Below, one piece after another: positions 1 through 8,308 of a DNA stretch of 64,000 bases. The position numbers were made by a program, and so were the translations under genes. The notes under the pieces were generated by a model. The model worked only from the letters and a program-made list of their open reading frames with translations, was not told the DNA's origin and searched no databases. The stretch covers positions 2,688,001 to 2,752,000 of the forward strand of contig OZ251997.1 of assembly GCA_965247095.1 (NCBI GenBank). Reading direction: 5' to 3'. This DNA comes from Candidatus Multivorans sp. (GTDB lineage Bacteria; Acidobacteriota; Thermoanaerobaculia; Multivoradales; Multivoraceae). Each line of letters opens with the position of its first letter. The stretch's first letter is position 1.

Positions 1-150
1 GCGGCTCAGCCCGCCGATGTCCCCTACCTCTACTTCGTCAGCCGCAACGACGGCACCCACGTCTTCGCCGAGACCCTGGCCGAGCACAACCGCAACGTCG
101 CCAGGTGGCAGGTCCGCTACTGGCGCGAGCGGCGCGCAGCGGAGCGGTGA
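1..150 (+). CDS. mltG: Endolytic transglycosylase MltG, C-terminal fragment (runs off window)
   Basis: Frame 1 reads AAQPADVPYLYFVSRNDGTHVFAETLAEHNRNV..., the MltG/YceG C-terminal YLYFV...G.H.F..T..EH motif; TGA at 148-150. Confidence 0.85.
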   Translation, partial: AAQPADVPYLYFVSRNDGTHVFAETLAEHNRNVARWQVRYWRERRAAER

Positions 151-258
151 TCCTGGGAACCCGTGTGGCGCGACCCGCGCCACACGCGAACCACTCCGTG
201 TGCCCGTCATCGGGCGCACGGATGGCACGCGGGCGTCTCGCCCACATTCCGGCGAGCC
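151..258. repeat. REP-like palindromic cassette flanked by a 12-bp direct repeat
   Basis: TCCTGGGAAC leader (151-160), 11-bp perfect hairpin (162-186), a second hairpin, and GCGGGCGTCTCGCCC (229-243). Flanked by GCGGAGCGGTGA at 139-150 and 259-270. Confidence 0.6.
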
Positions 259-323
259 GCGGAGCGGTGAGAGGGTGAACGGTGGCATAGCCCCTGCATT
301 CAACCCGGCTAAGCTCATGCCCG

Positions 324-734
324 ATGCACCTGCCCACCCTCAACGCCATCCTGAACGCCGCCGCGGCGCTGCTGCTCGTTACCGGCTACGTCCTGATCCG
401 GCGCGGTCACCGCGAGCGGCACAAGCAGGTCATGCTGGCGGCGCTGGGGTGTTCGGCGGCGTTCCTGGTCTCCTATCTCTACTACCACTACAAGGTCGGT
501 TCGGTTCACTTCGAGGGCGAGGGGACGGTGCGGACCGTCTATCTCGGCATCCTCCTGACGCACACGGTGCTGGCCGTCGCGGTGCCGCCGCTGGCGCTGA
601 TCACGGTCTTCCGGGGCCTTCGAGGCAGGTACGACCGGCACAAGAAGATCGCCCGGATCACGCTGCCGATCTGGCTCTACGTGTCCGTGACCGGGGTCGT
701 TGTGTACTGGATGCTGTACCGGATGTCGTGGTGA
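324..734 (+). CDS. DUF420 family membrane protein
   Basis: LPTLNAILN...H...M...FLVSYLYYH...ILLTHTVLA...HKKIARITLPIWLYVSVTGVVVY is the typical DUF420 pattern. Confidence 0.9.
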   Translation: MHLPTLNAILNAAAALLLVTGYVLIRRGHRERHKQVMLAALGCSAAFLVSYLYYHYKVGSVHFEGEGTVRTVYLGILLTHTVLAVAVPPLALITVFRGLRGRYDRHKKIARITLPIWLYVSVTGVVVYWMLYRMSW

Positions 735-3271
735 AGGCGGGACGGAACCGGGTGCGAATCCGCCGGCTGCTTCTGGTTGCCGCCTGCCTCGCGCCGGCGC
801 TGGCCGGGGCTCAGGAGCCCGCGTGGCGGCTCTCCGAGTGGAGCGACGAGGAGCGGGAGTTCTTTCTCGACGGACCCCAGTACCTGCTGACGCCGGCCGA
901 GCTGCACCGGGTCCAGGATCTCCACCCGGGGGCGCGCCGCGAGTACATCGAGACCTTCCTGAACCGAGCCCAGATCGCCGAGGGCATCGAGCAGCGTCAC
1001 CGGCGGATCCGCCAGTCGGGCGCTCCGTTCTTCGATGTCCGCGCGCAGTTGCTGTTCCTGCACGGCGAGCCGGACGACATCGAGCCGGTCGACTGCGATC
1101 AGACCTTCCGGCCGCTTGAGATCTGGCGCTACGGGCCGGAGGAGGGCGAGCACGAGAACCTGGTCCTCTTCCAGCCCAAGCCGAACGAGGCGTTCCAGCT
1201 CTGGTTGCCCGAGTACTCCAAGCGGGTTCTGTACATGCCCGAGATGGAGTACTGGCTCGAGCAGTACGAAGAGCTTCGCGGTCTCATAAGAGCTCGCCGT
1301 TTCGACCTGCAGGTGTGCGAGGAGGCGCGGCGGGTCGACCGGGCCACAGGCGTCTGGGGCCTGTTCGACTTCCGGCCGCGGCGGCCTACCAATGCGAGTG
1401 TGCAGGGTTGGTTGAGGCCCCCACAGGATCTCGACGCCTGGGCCGCCGCGGCCGCGGCCGATCATCTGCCGGCGCCGCCCGCGCTGGAGCTCGAGGATCC
1501 GATCGTCACCTTCCCGGCGCGGAGCGGCCAGCGCATCGTGACCCGGATTCTCCTTTCCCTGCCGCCAGGCGCCTCCTTCGAGCCCTTTGTTGACGACACC
1601 GGCAGAGAGCAGGTCCGGATCAACGTGGAAGGCGTCATCGAGCAGCCGGACCGGATCTTCGATGTCTTCCGGGTGCGCTTCCTTTCCGGCACGCCGCCGG
1701 AGGACCGGTCGCTGGCGCTGCCGATGGAGCACCTGCTGCGTCCGGGTTCGGTCGTCCTCGTGAGGTTCCTGGTGCGCGACGAGATCAGCGGCGCCGTGGC
1801 GTACGGGGCGGTGCCGCTCGAGGTGCCGCTGGCGCCGCAGACGGCGCCGGCGAGTCCGGAAGACCGCCGCCGCCTCATCCTGGCGGCGGAGCAGTTGGTG
1901 GCGGACCTGCCGGAGACAGCGCTCGCCGCGGACAGCCGCCTGGTCCTGGTGCCGCCCGAAAGCGAGGTCGTGCTCGGGTTGTGGCGGGCCGAGACCCTGG
2001 TGACCGGGAGCGAGATCGTAGCGATGCGGTTCTTCGTCGACGGCGTGCTCCAGGTCACGCGCCGCCGGCCCCCGTTCAGCGCCGAGGTGCGGCTGGCGAA
2101 ATACCCGGCCGAGCAGGTGGTTCGGGTCGAGGGGCTCGACGAGAACGGCGAGGTCGTGGGTTCGGACGAACTGGTGCTGAACCAGCAGCGCGGCGAGTTG
2201 CGGGTGCTGATCAACGAACCCCGGCGGGGTGTTCGGGTGACGGGCAAGGTGGATGCCGTCGCCACGGTCATCGTGCCCGAGGAGCGCGTGGTTCAGGAGG
2301 TCGAGTTCCGGGTCGGAGAAGAGGTGCAGACCGTGCTGCGCAAACCGCCGTGGCGTGCCGAGATCGATGTGCCCGCGGCCGGCGATCAGGAGCTCGTCTA
2401 CCTCACCGTCGGCGCCACGCTGGACGACGGCAGCCGCGCGGAGGACGTGCGCTTCCTGAACGCGCCCGAGTTCACCGACACGGTAGACGTCGACCTGGTC
2501 GAGCTCTACACGACGGTGGTCGACAGTGCGAACCGGCCGGTGACGACCCTGGTCGAGAGCGACTTCACCGTCATGGAGGATGGGCGCCGGCAGGAGCTTG
2601 CGAAGTTTGAACTGGTCGAAGACCTGCCGCTCACCCTGGGAATCGTGATCGACACCTCGGGATCGATGGAAACGTCCCTCGGCGAGGCGCGCCGGACCGC
2701 GTCGCAGTTCCTTTCCAACCTGATCACGCCGCGCGACCGTTCCTTCGCGGTCGCCTTCGCCTCTCGTCCGGCGCTGCTGATCGGCCGGACGTCGGACGTC
2801 AGCGCGGTCGCTGCCTCGATCGAGAATCTGCGCGCCGCCGGCAACACCGCGTTGCATGATGCGCTGATCACCAGCTTGTACTACTTCCGGGGGGTCAGAG
2901 GCCGGCGCGCTCTGGTCCTGCTCTCCGATGGCGCAGACACGGCGAGCACGGTGTCGTTTCCTGACGTCGAGGATTATGCCCGCCGCTCGGCGGTGGCGAT
3001 CTACACGATCGGCCTCGGAGTCAGCCGCACCCAGATGATCCTGCGCAACAAGCTGAACGGCCTGGCCAAGGTCACCGGCGGCAGGTCGTTCTTCATCTCC
3101 AAAGCCGAGGATCTGGTGCCGGTGTATGACGAGATCGAACGCGAGCTGCGCTCGCAGTACCTGCTGGCGTACAACTCGAACCGGGCCGGCAGCGGCGACG
3201 AGTACCGCCAGGTCGAGCTGAAGGTCAAGGGCCGGTTCAAGGCGCGGACGATCAGCGGCTACTACCCATGA
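731..3271 (+). CDS. Exported GWxTD-like domain + Ig-like + VWA domain protein
   Basis: GTG start overlaps the DUF420 stop (GTGA). Signal peptide RIRRLLLVAACLAPALAGAQ; degenerate GWxTD region (DVRAQLLFLHGEPD...EIWRY); VWA MIDAS DTSGS, T.LHDA, LLSDG and C-terminal ELRSQYLLAY. Confidence 0.8.
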   Translation: MKAGRNRVRIRRLLLVAACLAPALAGAQEPAWRLSEWSDEEREFFLDGPQYLLTPAELHRVQDLHPGARREYIETFLNRAQIAEGIEQRHRRIRQSGAPFFDVRAQLLFLHGEPDDIEPVDCDQTFRPLEIWRYGPEEGEHENLVLFQPKPNEAFQLWLPEYSKRVLYMPEMEYWLEQYEELRGLIRARRFDLQVCEEARRVDRATGVWGLFDFRPRRPTNASVQGWLRPPQDLDAWAAAAAADHLPAPPALELEDPIVTFPARSGQRIVTRILLSLPPGASFEPFVDDTGREQVRINVEGVIEQPDRIFDVFRVRFLSGTPPEDRSLALPMEHLLRPGSVVLVRFLVRDEISGAVAYGAVPLEVPLAPQTAPASPEDRRRLILAAEQLVADLPETALAADSRLVLVPPESEVVLGLWRAETLVTGSEIVAMRFFVDGVLQVTRRRPPFSAEVRLAKYPAEQVVRVEGLDENGEVVGSDELVLNQQRGELRVLINEPRRGVRVTGKVDAVATVIVPEERVVQEVEFRVGEEVQTVLRKPPWRAEIDVPAAGDQELVYLTVGATLDDGSRAEDVRFLNAPEFTDTVDVDLVELYTTVVDSANRPVTTLVESDFTVMEDGRRQELAKFELVEDLPLTLGIVIDTSGSMETSLGEARRTASQFLSNLITPRDRSFAVAFASRPALLIGRTSDVSAVAASIENLRAAGNTALHDALITSLYYFRGVRGRRALVLLSDGADTASTVSFPDVEDYARRSAVAIYTIGLGVSRTQMILRNKLNGLAKVTGGRSFFISKAEDLVPVYDEIERELRSQYLLAYNSNRAGSGDEYRQVELKVKGRFKARTISGYYP

Positions 3272-3939
3272 GGGCCCGGCTGGCGGTGCTGCCGCTGGCG
3301 TTGGTGGCGCTGCTGCTCCTGACCGGGCCGGCCGCGGCTCAGGAAGAGCCCGGCGCCCGCGTGGTGTCCTTCGAGCGTCTCAACCGGGCCTACGAGCACC
3401 TGATCGACGACCTGGTTCCGGTGCGCATCGGCCCCGCCGAGGTCATGCTGCGCTCGCCCGAGCACTCCCTGACCGTGACTCACCACGCGGCGACCCTGAG
3501 TCCCGTTCACGACGGCGTGTTCGAAGCCGCGCTCGAACTGGAGATAGCCGGTTCGGGCCGCATCGACGCGGATGTCACGATCGGCAGCCTGGAGAGCCGG
3601 CTGAGCCAGGAGCTGACCGTTCCGCGCCAGACCCTCTACCTGGAGGGCCTGGTCACGGTGCGGCGGGGCGAGGAAGGTTACTGGATCACCACGGAGCGGA
3701 TGCCGGAAACGGCCCAGGTGAGGATCGAGAGCGAGTTGGGCACGCAGCTCTTCACCGTCTGCCGGCAGATGGCGCTGGTGCTGGTCAGCCTCGACTGCGA
3801 CGCGATCGAGCGCGCCGTCACCCTGATCCTCGTGCCGCTGCCGGAGGCCGGTGGCGAGTACCTTATCGCCCTGGAAGATGCGACGCCGGAGGAGCGCGAA
3901 GAGTTCGACCGCTTTCTTGGGGAGCGCTCGAAGCCCTGA
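3268..3939 (+). CDS. Hypothetical exported protein
   Basis: ATGA overlap with the upstream stop, signal peptide ending AAAQ, host-like codon usage. Confidence 0.7.
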   Translation: MRARLAVLPLALVALLLLTGPAAAQEEPGARVVSFERLNRAYEHLIDDLVPVRIGPAEVMLRSPEHSLTVTHHAATLSPVHDGVFEAALELEIAGSGRIDADVTIGSLESRLSQELTVPRQTLYLEGLVTVRRGEEGYWITTERMPETAQVRIESELGTQLFTVCRQMALVLVSLDCDAIERAVTLILVPLPEAGGEYLIALEDATPEEREEFDRFLGERSKP

Positions 3940-4047
3940 CGGCGCCCCCGCGCCCGAAACGGCAGCAGGAACCCTCCGGCGGGGCGGCGAATCCGGTAGG
4001 ATTTCGGCCGCTCGGCCGATTAGGGCCGACCCAGGAGTTGACTACGC

Positions 4048-4596
4048 ATGGCTACCCGTCGAATGATCTCGCGCCTCTACTACTTCACGATCGAGGATGA
4101 GGGCATCCTCGCCGAGTCGTTCGCCGGTCTGGACTCGGAGACCTTCGCGATCGCGTACAAGGTTGGGGACACGGACGATGTCTTCGTGATGACCAGCGAG
4201 ACGCGGGACGCCCTCGACCGGGCGGATGTGCCGTACAACCTGCTCGCCGAGGAGGACGGTTCGCGGGTCGCCCTGTACCACTCGCCGCTGTCGCGCGAGG
4301 AGTTGTCCGACTTCGAGGAGCCGCTCAAGGCGCTCGCACTCGCGTACCGGGCGATCGCGATGGCCTGCGTCGGCGTCAACGGCGAATCGGACCTCGGCTT
4401 CGACCTGAGCGAGGGGATGCGGAACTACACGTACTTCACCGCGCCGGCCGGCCACACCTTCATCTGGCGGCTGTTCACACACCGCGACGAGGCGCGACAG
4501 TTCCTGGACAAGCTCACGATCGGCGACAAGAGCGCTCTCGAGTGGGCCGAAGCGATTCCCATGGAGTCGGTGGTCGAACTCAAGGGCTTCCACTGA
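4048..4596 (+). CDS. Hypothetical protein (acidic, 182 aa)
   Basis: AGGAG SD upstream, strongly host-like GC3 bias; no recognised motif. Confidence 0.75.
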   Translation: MATRRMISRLYYFTIEDEGILAESFAGLDSETFAIAYKVGDTDDVFVMTSETRDALDRADVPYNLLAEEDGSRVALYHSPLSREELSDFEEPLKALALAYRAIAMACVGVNGESDLGFDLSEGMRNYTYFTAPAGHTFIWRLFTHRDEARQFLDKLTIGDKSALEWAEAIPMESVVELKGFH

Positions 4597-5924
4597 GTTC
4601 CGAACTCCCGGCCGGCACCTACACCGTCTCCCAGTTCGCGTGGGAGATGAAGGGTCTCCTCGGCGACGCCTATCCCTCGGTGTGGATCGCCGGCGAGGTC
4701 CAGAGACTCCGAACGGCCGCCCGGGGTCAGCTCTACTTCGAGCTGATCGAGAAGGGGCGGGGAGACCGGGTCCAGGCGAAGCTGGACTGCGTGGTCTGGA
4801 CAGACGACCGGCCCCGGGTCGAGGCGGCGCTGCGGGAGGCGGGCGTTGAACTGGAGGAGGGCGTCGTCCTGCGGTGTGCCGGCCGGCCCGACTTCTGGCC
4901 CGGCGGGGGCAGGTTCCAGTTCGTCGTCGCCGACGTCGACCCCCTGTTCTCGCTCGGCGCCCTGGAGAAGCGGCGCCGCGAGACCCTCCGCGCGCTCGAG
5001 GCGGCCGGTTTGCTCGAACTGAACAAGCGGTTGCCGCTGGCGGCGGTGCCGCTCGACATCGGCCTGGTGACCTCGGAGGGGAGCGCCGCCTACCACGATT
5101 TCCTCGACACGCTCCAGAACTCCGGGTTCGGCTTTCGGGTGTCCCTGGTCCATTCGGCCGTCCAGGGCGCTACGGCCGAGGCGGAAATCGGCCGCGCCTT
5201 CGAGTTGCTGAGCGCGTTCGCGCGCGGCGGGCGCCGGCTCGATGCGATCGCCCTGATCCGCGGCGGCGGGTCGCGGGCCGACCTGGCGACGTTCGACAGT
5301 CGCTCTGTGGCGCGCGCGGTCGCCGAATCGCCGGTGCCCGTGATCTGCGGTGTCGGCCACCAGATCGACGTGTCGATTTCGGACCTGGTCGCGCACACGA
5401 CCTGCAAGACGCCCACGGAGGCGGCCGAGACTCTTGTCGGCCGCGTCCGCGAGGCCGCCGCTCAATGCCATGCGCTGGAGCGCGATCTGACCCGGTCGGC
5501 CGAGCGGACGCTGTCCGCGGCGGAGCGGTCGGTCCGCGACACGGGACGGACACTGGGACGACGCGCGGAGACCGCAGTGGTCCGTGTCGGAGAGCGTCTG
5601 CGCTCGGCGGCGACGCGGCTACCCGGTCCGAGTCGGAGACTCCTGACCGACGCCAGGAAGCAGGAGCGGGAACGCCGGATGCGGCTGCTGCGGGGCGCGT
5701 TCCTGCCCGTGCGCCGGGCGGCGGAGCAGATGGAGGCTCACGGGCGCCTGTGTGATCAACTCTCGCCGGAGCGGACGCTCGCGCGTGGTTTCAGCCTGAC
5801 CCGGCGGGTGGACGGCCGTCTGGTGCGAAGGGTCGACGACGTAGCGGTAGACGCCGAACTGCGGACCCAGGTCTCGGGCGGCACCATCCGCAGCAGGGTG
5901 CTGGGTACGGAGGAGCGAACATGA
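4593..5924 (+). CDS. xseA: Exodeoxyribonuclease VII large subunit
   Basis: TVSQ...VWIAGEV, G.LYFEL, IGLVTS..SAAY.DF, RGGGS..DL..F, GVGHQID, TPT.AAE, LSPERTLARGFS. Start uncertain (CTG 4593). Confidence 0.93.
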   Translation: MSSELPAGTYTVSQFAWEMKGLLGDAYPSVWIAGEVQRLRTAARGQLYFELIEKGRGDRVQAKLDCVVWTDDRPRVEAALREAGVELEEGVVLRCAGRPDFWPGGGRFQFVVADVDPLFSLGALEKRRRETLRALEAAGLLELNKRLPLAAVPLDIGLVTSEGSAAYHDFLDTLQNSGFGFRVSLVHSAVQGATAEAEIGRAFELLSAFARGGRRLDAIALIRGGGSRADLATFDSRSVARAVAESPVPVICGVGHQIDVSISDLVAHTTCKTPTEAAETLVGRVREAAAQCHALERDLTRSAERTLSAAERSVRDTGRTLGRRAETAVVRVGERLRSAATRLPGPSRRLLTDARKQERERRMRLLRGAFLPVRRAAEQMEAHGRLCDQLSPERTLARGFSLTRRVDGRLVRRVDDVAVDAELRTQVSGGTIRSRVLGTEERT

Positions 5925-6232
5925 GCGCAGACGGCGCCGCCGGCGGGGACGAACTGAGTTTCAGCCAGGCGATGGAGGAGCTCGAGAGCGTGCTCCGGCG
6001 CATCGAGGGTGACGAGATCGACATCGACCAACTGGGCAGGGAGTTGGGGCGCGCCGCTCTATTGCTCGAGATCTGCCGGAAGAAGATCCGGCGGGCCGAG
6101 GTTGAGGTTCAGCAGATTGTCGAAGCGATCGAGGAGGAGGCGGCTGATTCCGGCGACGCGGCGGCCGATCCCCAGGAGGCTTCCGGCTTCGAGACGTCGG
6201 CCGGCGATCAGGACGACGACATTCCCTTCTGA
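5921..6232 (+). CDS. xseB: Exodeoxyribonuclease VII small subunit
   Basis: LSFSQAMEELESVLRRIE...C...I..AE..V motif; ATGA-coupled to xseA. Confidence 0.9.
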   Translation: MSADGAAGGDELSFSQAMEELESVLRRIEGDEIDIDQLGRELGRAALLLEICRKKIRRAEVEVQQIVEAIEEEAADSGDAAADPQEASGFETSAGDQDDDIPF

Positions 6233-6253
6233 TGTTGTACGACAACCTCTCTG

Positions 6254-7096
6254 ATGTTTGAGCGCCAGCAGACAGGCTCCGTCGTGTGCCCCGGCTGCGG
6301 CCGGTTGGTCGGCGTTCGGGATGAGCGCTGCTGGAACTGCGGCCGCGCCCGGCCCAGCCTGTTCGGTTTCTCCCGCGTGCTGCAGCGAATCGGCAGCGAG
6401 GCCGCGTTCTCCACCTTGGTGATCGGCATTTGCGTGGTGATCTTCGTGCTCGAGCTGGCGATGGCGCCGGGCGGGGTCGGCACCCGGTTGGGCTTCGGCT
6501 TTCTCTCGCCCGACTTCGAGGTCGCTATCCGGTTCGGAGCGAGTGGGGCGCCCATCGTCTTCGAGTACGACCGCTGGTGGACGATCCTGAGCGCCGGCTG
6601 GCTGCACGGCGGTCTGCTGCACATCGGCTTCAACATGTACTGGGTGCATCAACTCGGCCCGGCCATGGCGCGGCTCTACGGCACCGGGCGGGCGGCGATC
6701 ATCTACCTGGTCTCGTCGGCGTTGGGTTTCCTGGTCACCAGCGCCCTGCCGGTCTTCGCTCCGTGGATGCCGCTGACGCATCGCGGTGTGACCCTGGGCG
6801 CGTCGGCGGCGGTGTTCGGTTGGCTGGGGGCGCTGCTCTGCTACTCGCGGAGGACCGGCGGCCGCATGTTCCTGAGGCAGGTGCTGGGCATGGCCATTCC
6901 GCTGGTCCTGTTCGGACTGTTGCTTCCGGGGATCGACAACTGGGCTCACCTCGGCGGTCTGGCGGGCGGCTACCTGCTGGCGAGCATGTACAGCCCGGAC
7001 AAGCCGGAGGGTCCCGGGGAGGTGCTGGTCGCGCTCGTGCTGCTCGTCGTCTCGGTTCTCGCCGTTCCGTTCTCGTTTCTCACCTGGTCGTTCTAG
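6254..7096 (+). CDS. Rhomboid family intramembrane serine protease with N-terminal Zn ribbon
   Basis: CPGC...CWNC; WLHGGLLHIGFNM; GAS catalytic Ser; AHLGG catalytic His. Confidence 0.9.
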   Translation: MFERQQTGSVVCPGCGRLVGVRDERCWNCGRARPSLFGFSRVLQRIGSEAAFSTLVIGICVVIFVLELAMAPGGVGTRLGFGFLSPDFEVAIRFGASGAPIVFEYDRWWTILSAGWLHGGLLHIGFNMYWVHQLGPAMARLYGTGRAAIIYLVSSALGFLVTSALPVFAPWMPLTHRGVTLGASAAVFGWLGALLCYSRRTGGRMFLRQVLGMAIPLVLFGLLLPGIDNWAHLGGLAGGYLLASMYSPDKPEGPGEVLVALVLLVVSVLAVPFSFLTWSF

Positions 7097-7126
7097 GGCG
7101 CGAGGTCATGGTGAGGGCAGCGCCGC

Positions 7127-7162
7127 GCGAATAATCGTGCGCCGTTGTGGTGTATTATTCGC
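7127..7162 (+). promoter_or_regulatory. Putative ArgR operator (ARG-box-like) overlapping the argC promoter
   Basis: AT-rich inverted repeat GCGAATAAT...ATTATTCGC just upstream of argC, resembling the TGAATAAwwATTCA half sites; TATTAT -10 at 7153-7158; argR is in the operon. Confidence 0.55.
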
Positions 7163-7168
7163 CGCCTT

Positions 7169-8212
7169 GTGATTCGGGCAGCGATCGCCGGGGCGTCCGG
7201 CTACAGCGGGGCGGAACTGGTCCGGTGGTTGCACGACCACCCGGACGTGGAACTTGGTGCGCTTGCGGCGGGCCGCAGCGCGGGCCAGCCGGTCGAGGCC
7301 GTTTTCCCGCACCTGGGCGGCGTGGCGGAAGGCGACCTGGTCGAGGCCGACTGGGATCGCCTCGGCTCGGACGCCGATGTCGTGTTCCTTGCTCTGCCGC
7401 ACGGCGAGGCGCTGGCGGCTGCGTCCCGGCTGCTCGATGCGGGCGCCCGGGTGGTTGATCTCGGCGCCGACTTCCGGCTGCGGGATCCGGCCGCCTACCG
7501 GCGCTGGTACGGCGCGGAGCACACGGCGACGGACCTGCTGGCGGAAGCCGTCTACGGGCTCACCGAGTGGCGTCGTGACGCGGTGGCGGGCGCGCGGCTG
7601 GTCGCCAATCCGGGCTGCTACCCGACCGCGTCGTCGATGGCGCTCAAGCCGGTGCTCGAACACTTCGGCGACCGGGTGACCGGCGCGATCGTGATCGATG
7701 CGAAGTCCGGCGTCTCGGGAGCGGGGAGGAAACCGCGCGACGGCTACCAGTACTCGGAGCTGAACGAGAACTTCAAGCCCTATGGCTCGGGAGTTCATCG
7801 CCACCAGCCGGAGATCGAGCAGGAGCTGGCCGCTGGCGGCGGCGCCGGCGCCCAGGTTTTCTTCTCGCCGCATCTCGCCCCGATGACGCGGGGCATCCTC
7901 GCCGCCTGCTACGTGCCAATGTCGGAGGCGCCGAGCCGGGAGGAACTCGAGGCGGCGTTCCTCGATCGCTACGCCGACGAGCCCTTCGTGCGGGTGCTGA
8001 CGCAACAGGTTCTGCCGCAGACGAAGGCGACCCTGGGTTCCAACTACTGCGACATCGCGGTCCGGGTCGACCGGGAGCGGGGCCTGGCGGTCGTGTTCTC
8101 GGCCATCGACAATCTGGTCAAGGGGGCCGCCGGACAGGCGGTGCAGAACATGAATGTGATGTTCGGCTTGCCCGAAACAACCGGTCTTCTGGCCTCTCCG
8201 GTGTTCCCGTGA
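7169..8212 (+). CDS. argC: N-acetyl-gamma-glutamyl-phosphate reductase
   Basis: GASGYSG, FLALPHG, DLGADFRL, ANPGCYPT, SGVSGAG, DNLVKGAAGQAVQNMN. Confidence 0.97.
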   Translation: MIRAAIAGASGYSGAELVRWLHDHPDVELGALAAGRSAGQPVEAVFPHLGGVAEGDLVEADWDRLGSDADVVFLALPHGEALAAASRLLDAGARVVDLGADFRLRDPAAYRRWYGAEHTATDLLAEAVYGLTEWRRDAVAGARLVANPGCYPTASSMALKPVLEHFGDRVTGAIVIDAKSGVSGAGRKPRDGYQYSELNENFKPYGSGVHRHQPEIEQELAAGGGAGAQVFFSPHLAPMTRGILAACYVPMSEAPSREELEAAFLDRYADEPFVRVLTQQVLPQTKATLGSNYCDIAVRVDRERGLAVVFSAIDNLVKGAAGQAVQNMNVMFGLPETTGLLASPVFP

Positions 8213-8308
8213 GGATCGCAGTTCTGCGCAGAACATGGCTGTGTCGCTTAGGAATCTTCGGCTTGCCCGAAACAACCGGTCTCTTGGCCGTTCCGGTGTT
8301 CCCGTGAG
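8162..8308 (+). repeat. Imperfect 52-bp direct repeat of the argC 3' end (8162-8213 and 8257-8308)
   Basis: 48/52 identical by manual alignment; both copies end in GTGAG; palindrome GTTCTGCGCAGAAC (8221-8234) lies in the spacer. Confidence 0.9.

Noticed and set aside
17-730. N-terminal 238 codons of the 1084-aa ORF
   Set aside because: Overlaps mltG, the REP cassette and DUF420; the real protein begins at the signal peptide near 731
677-2857. 726-aa minus-strand ORF
   Set aside because: Antisense shadow of the VWA gene, as expected in high-GC DNA; no motifs
8235-8303. ATG-start N-terminal extension of argJ
   Set aside because: It is an out-of-frame reading of the duplicated argC end; ArgJ homology starts at about 8304
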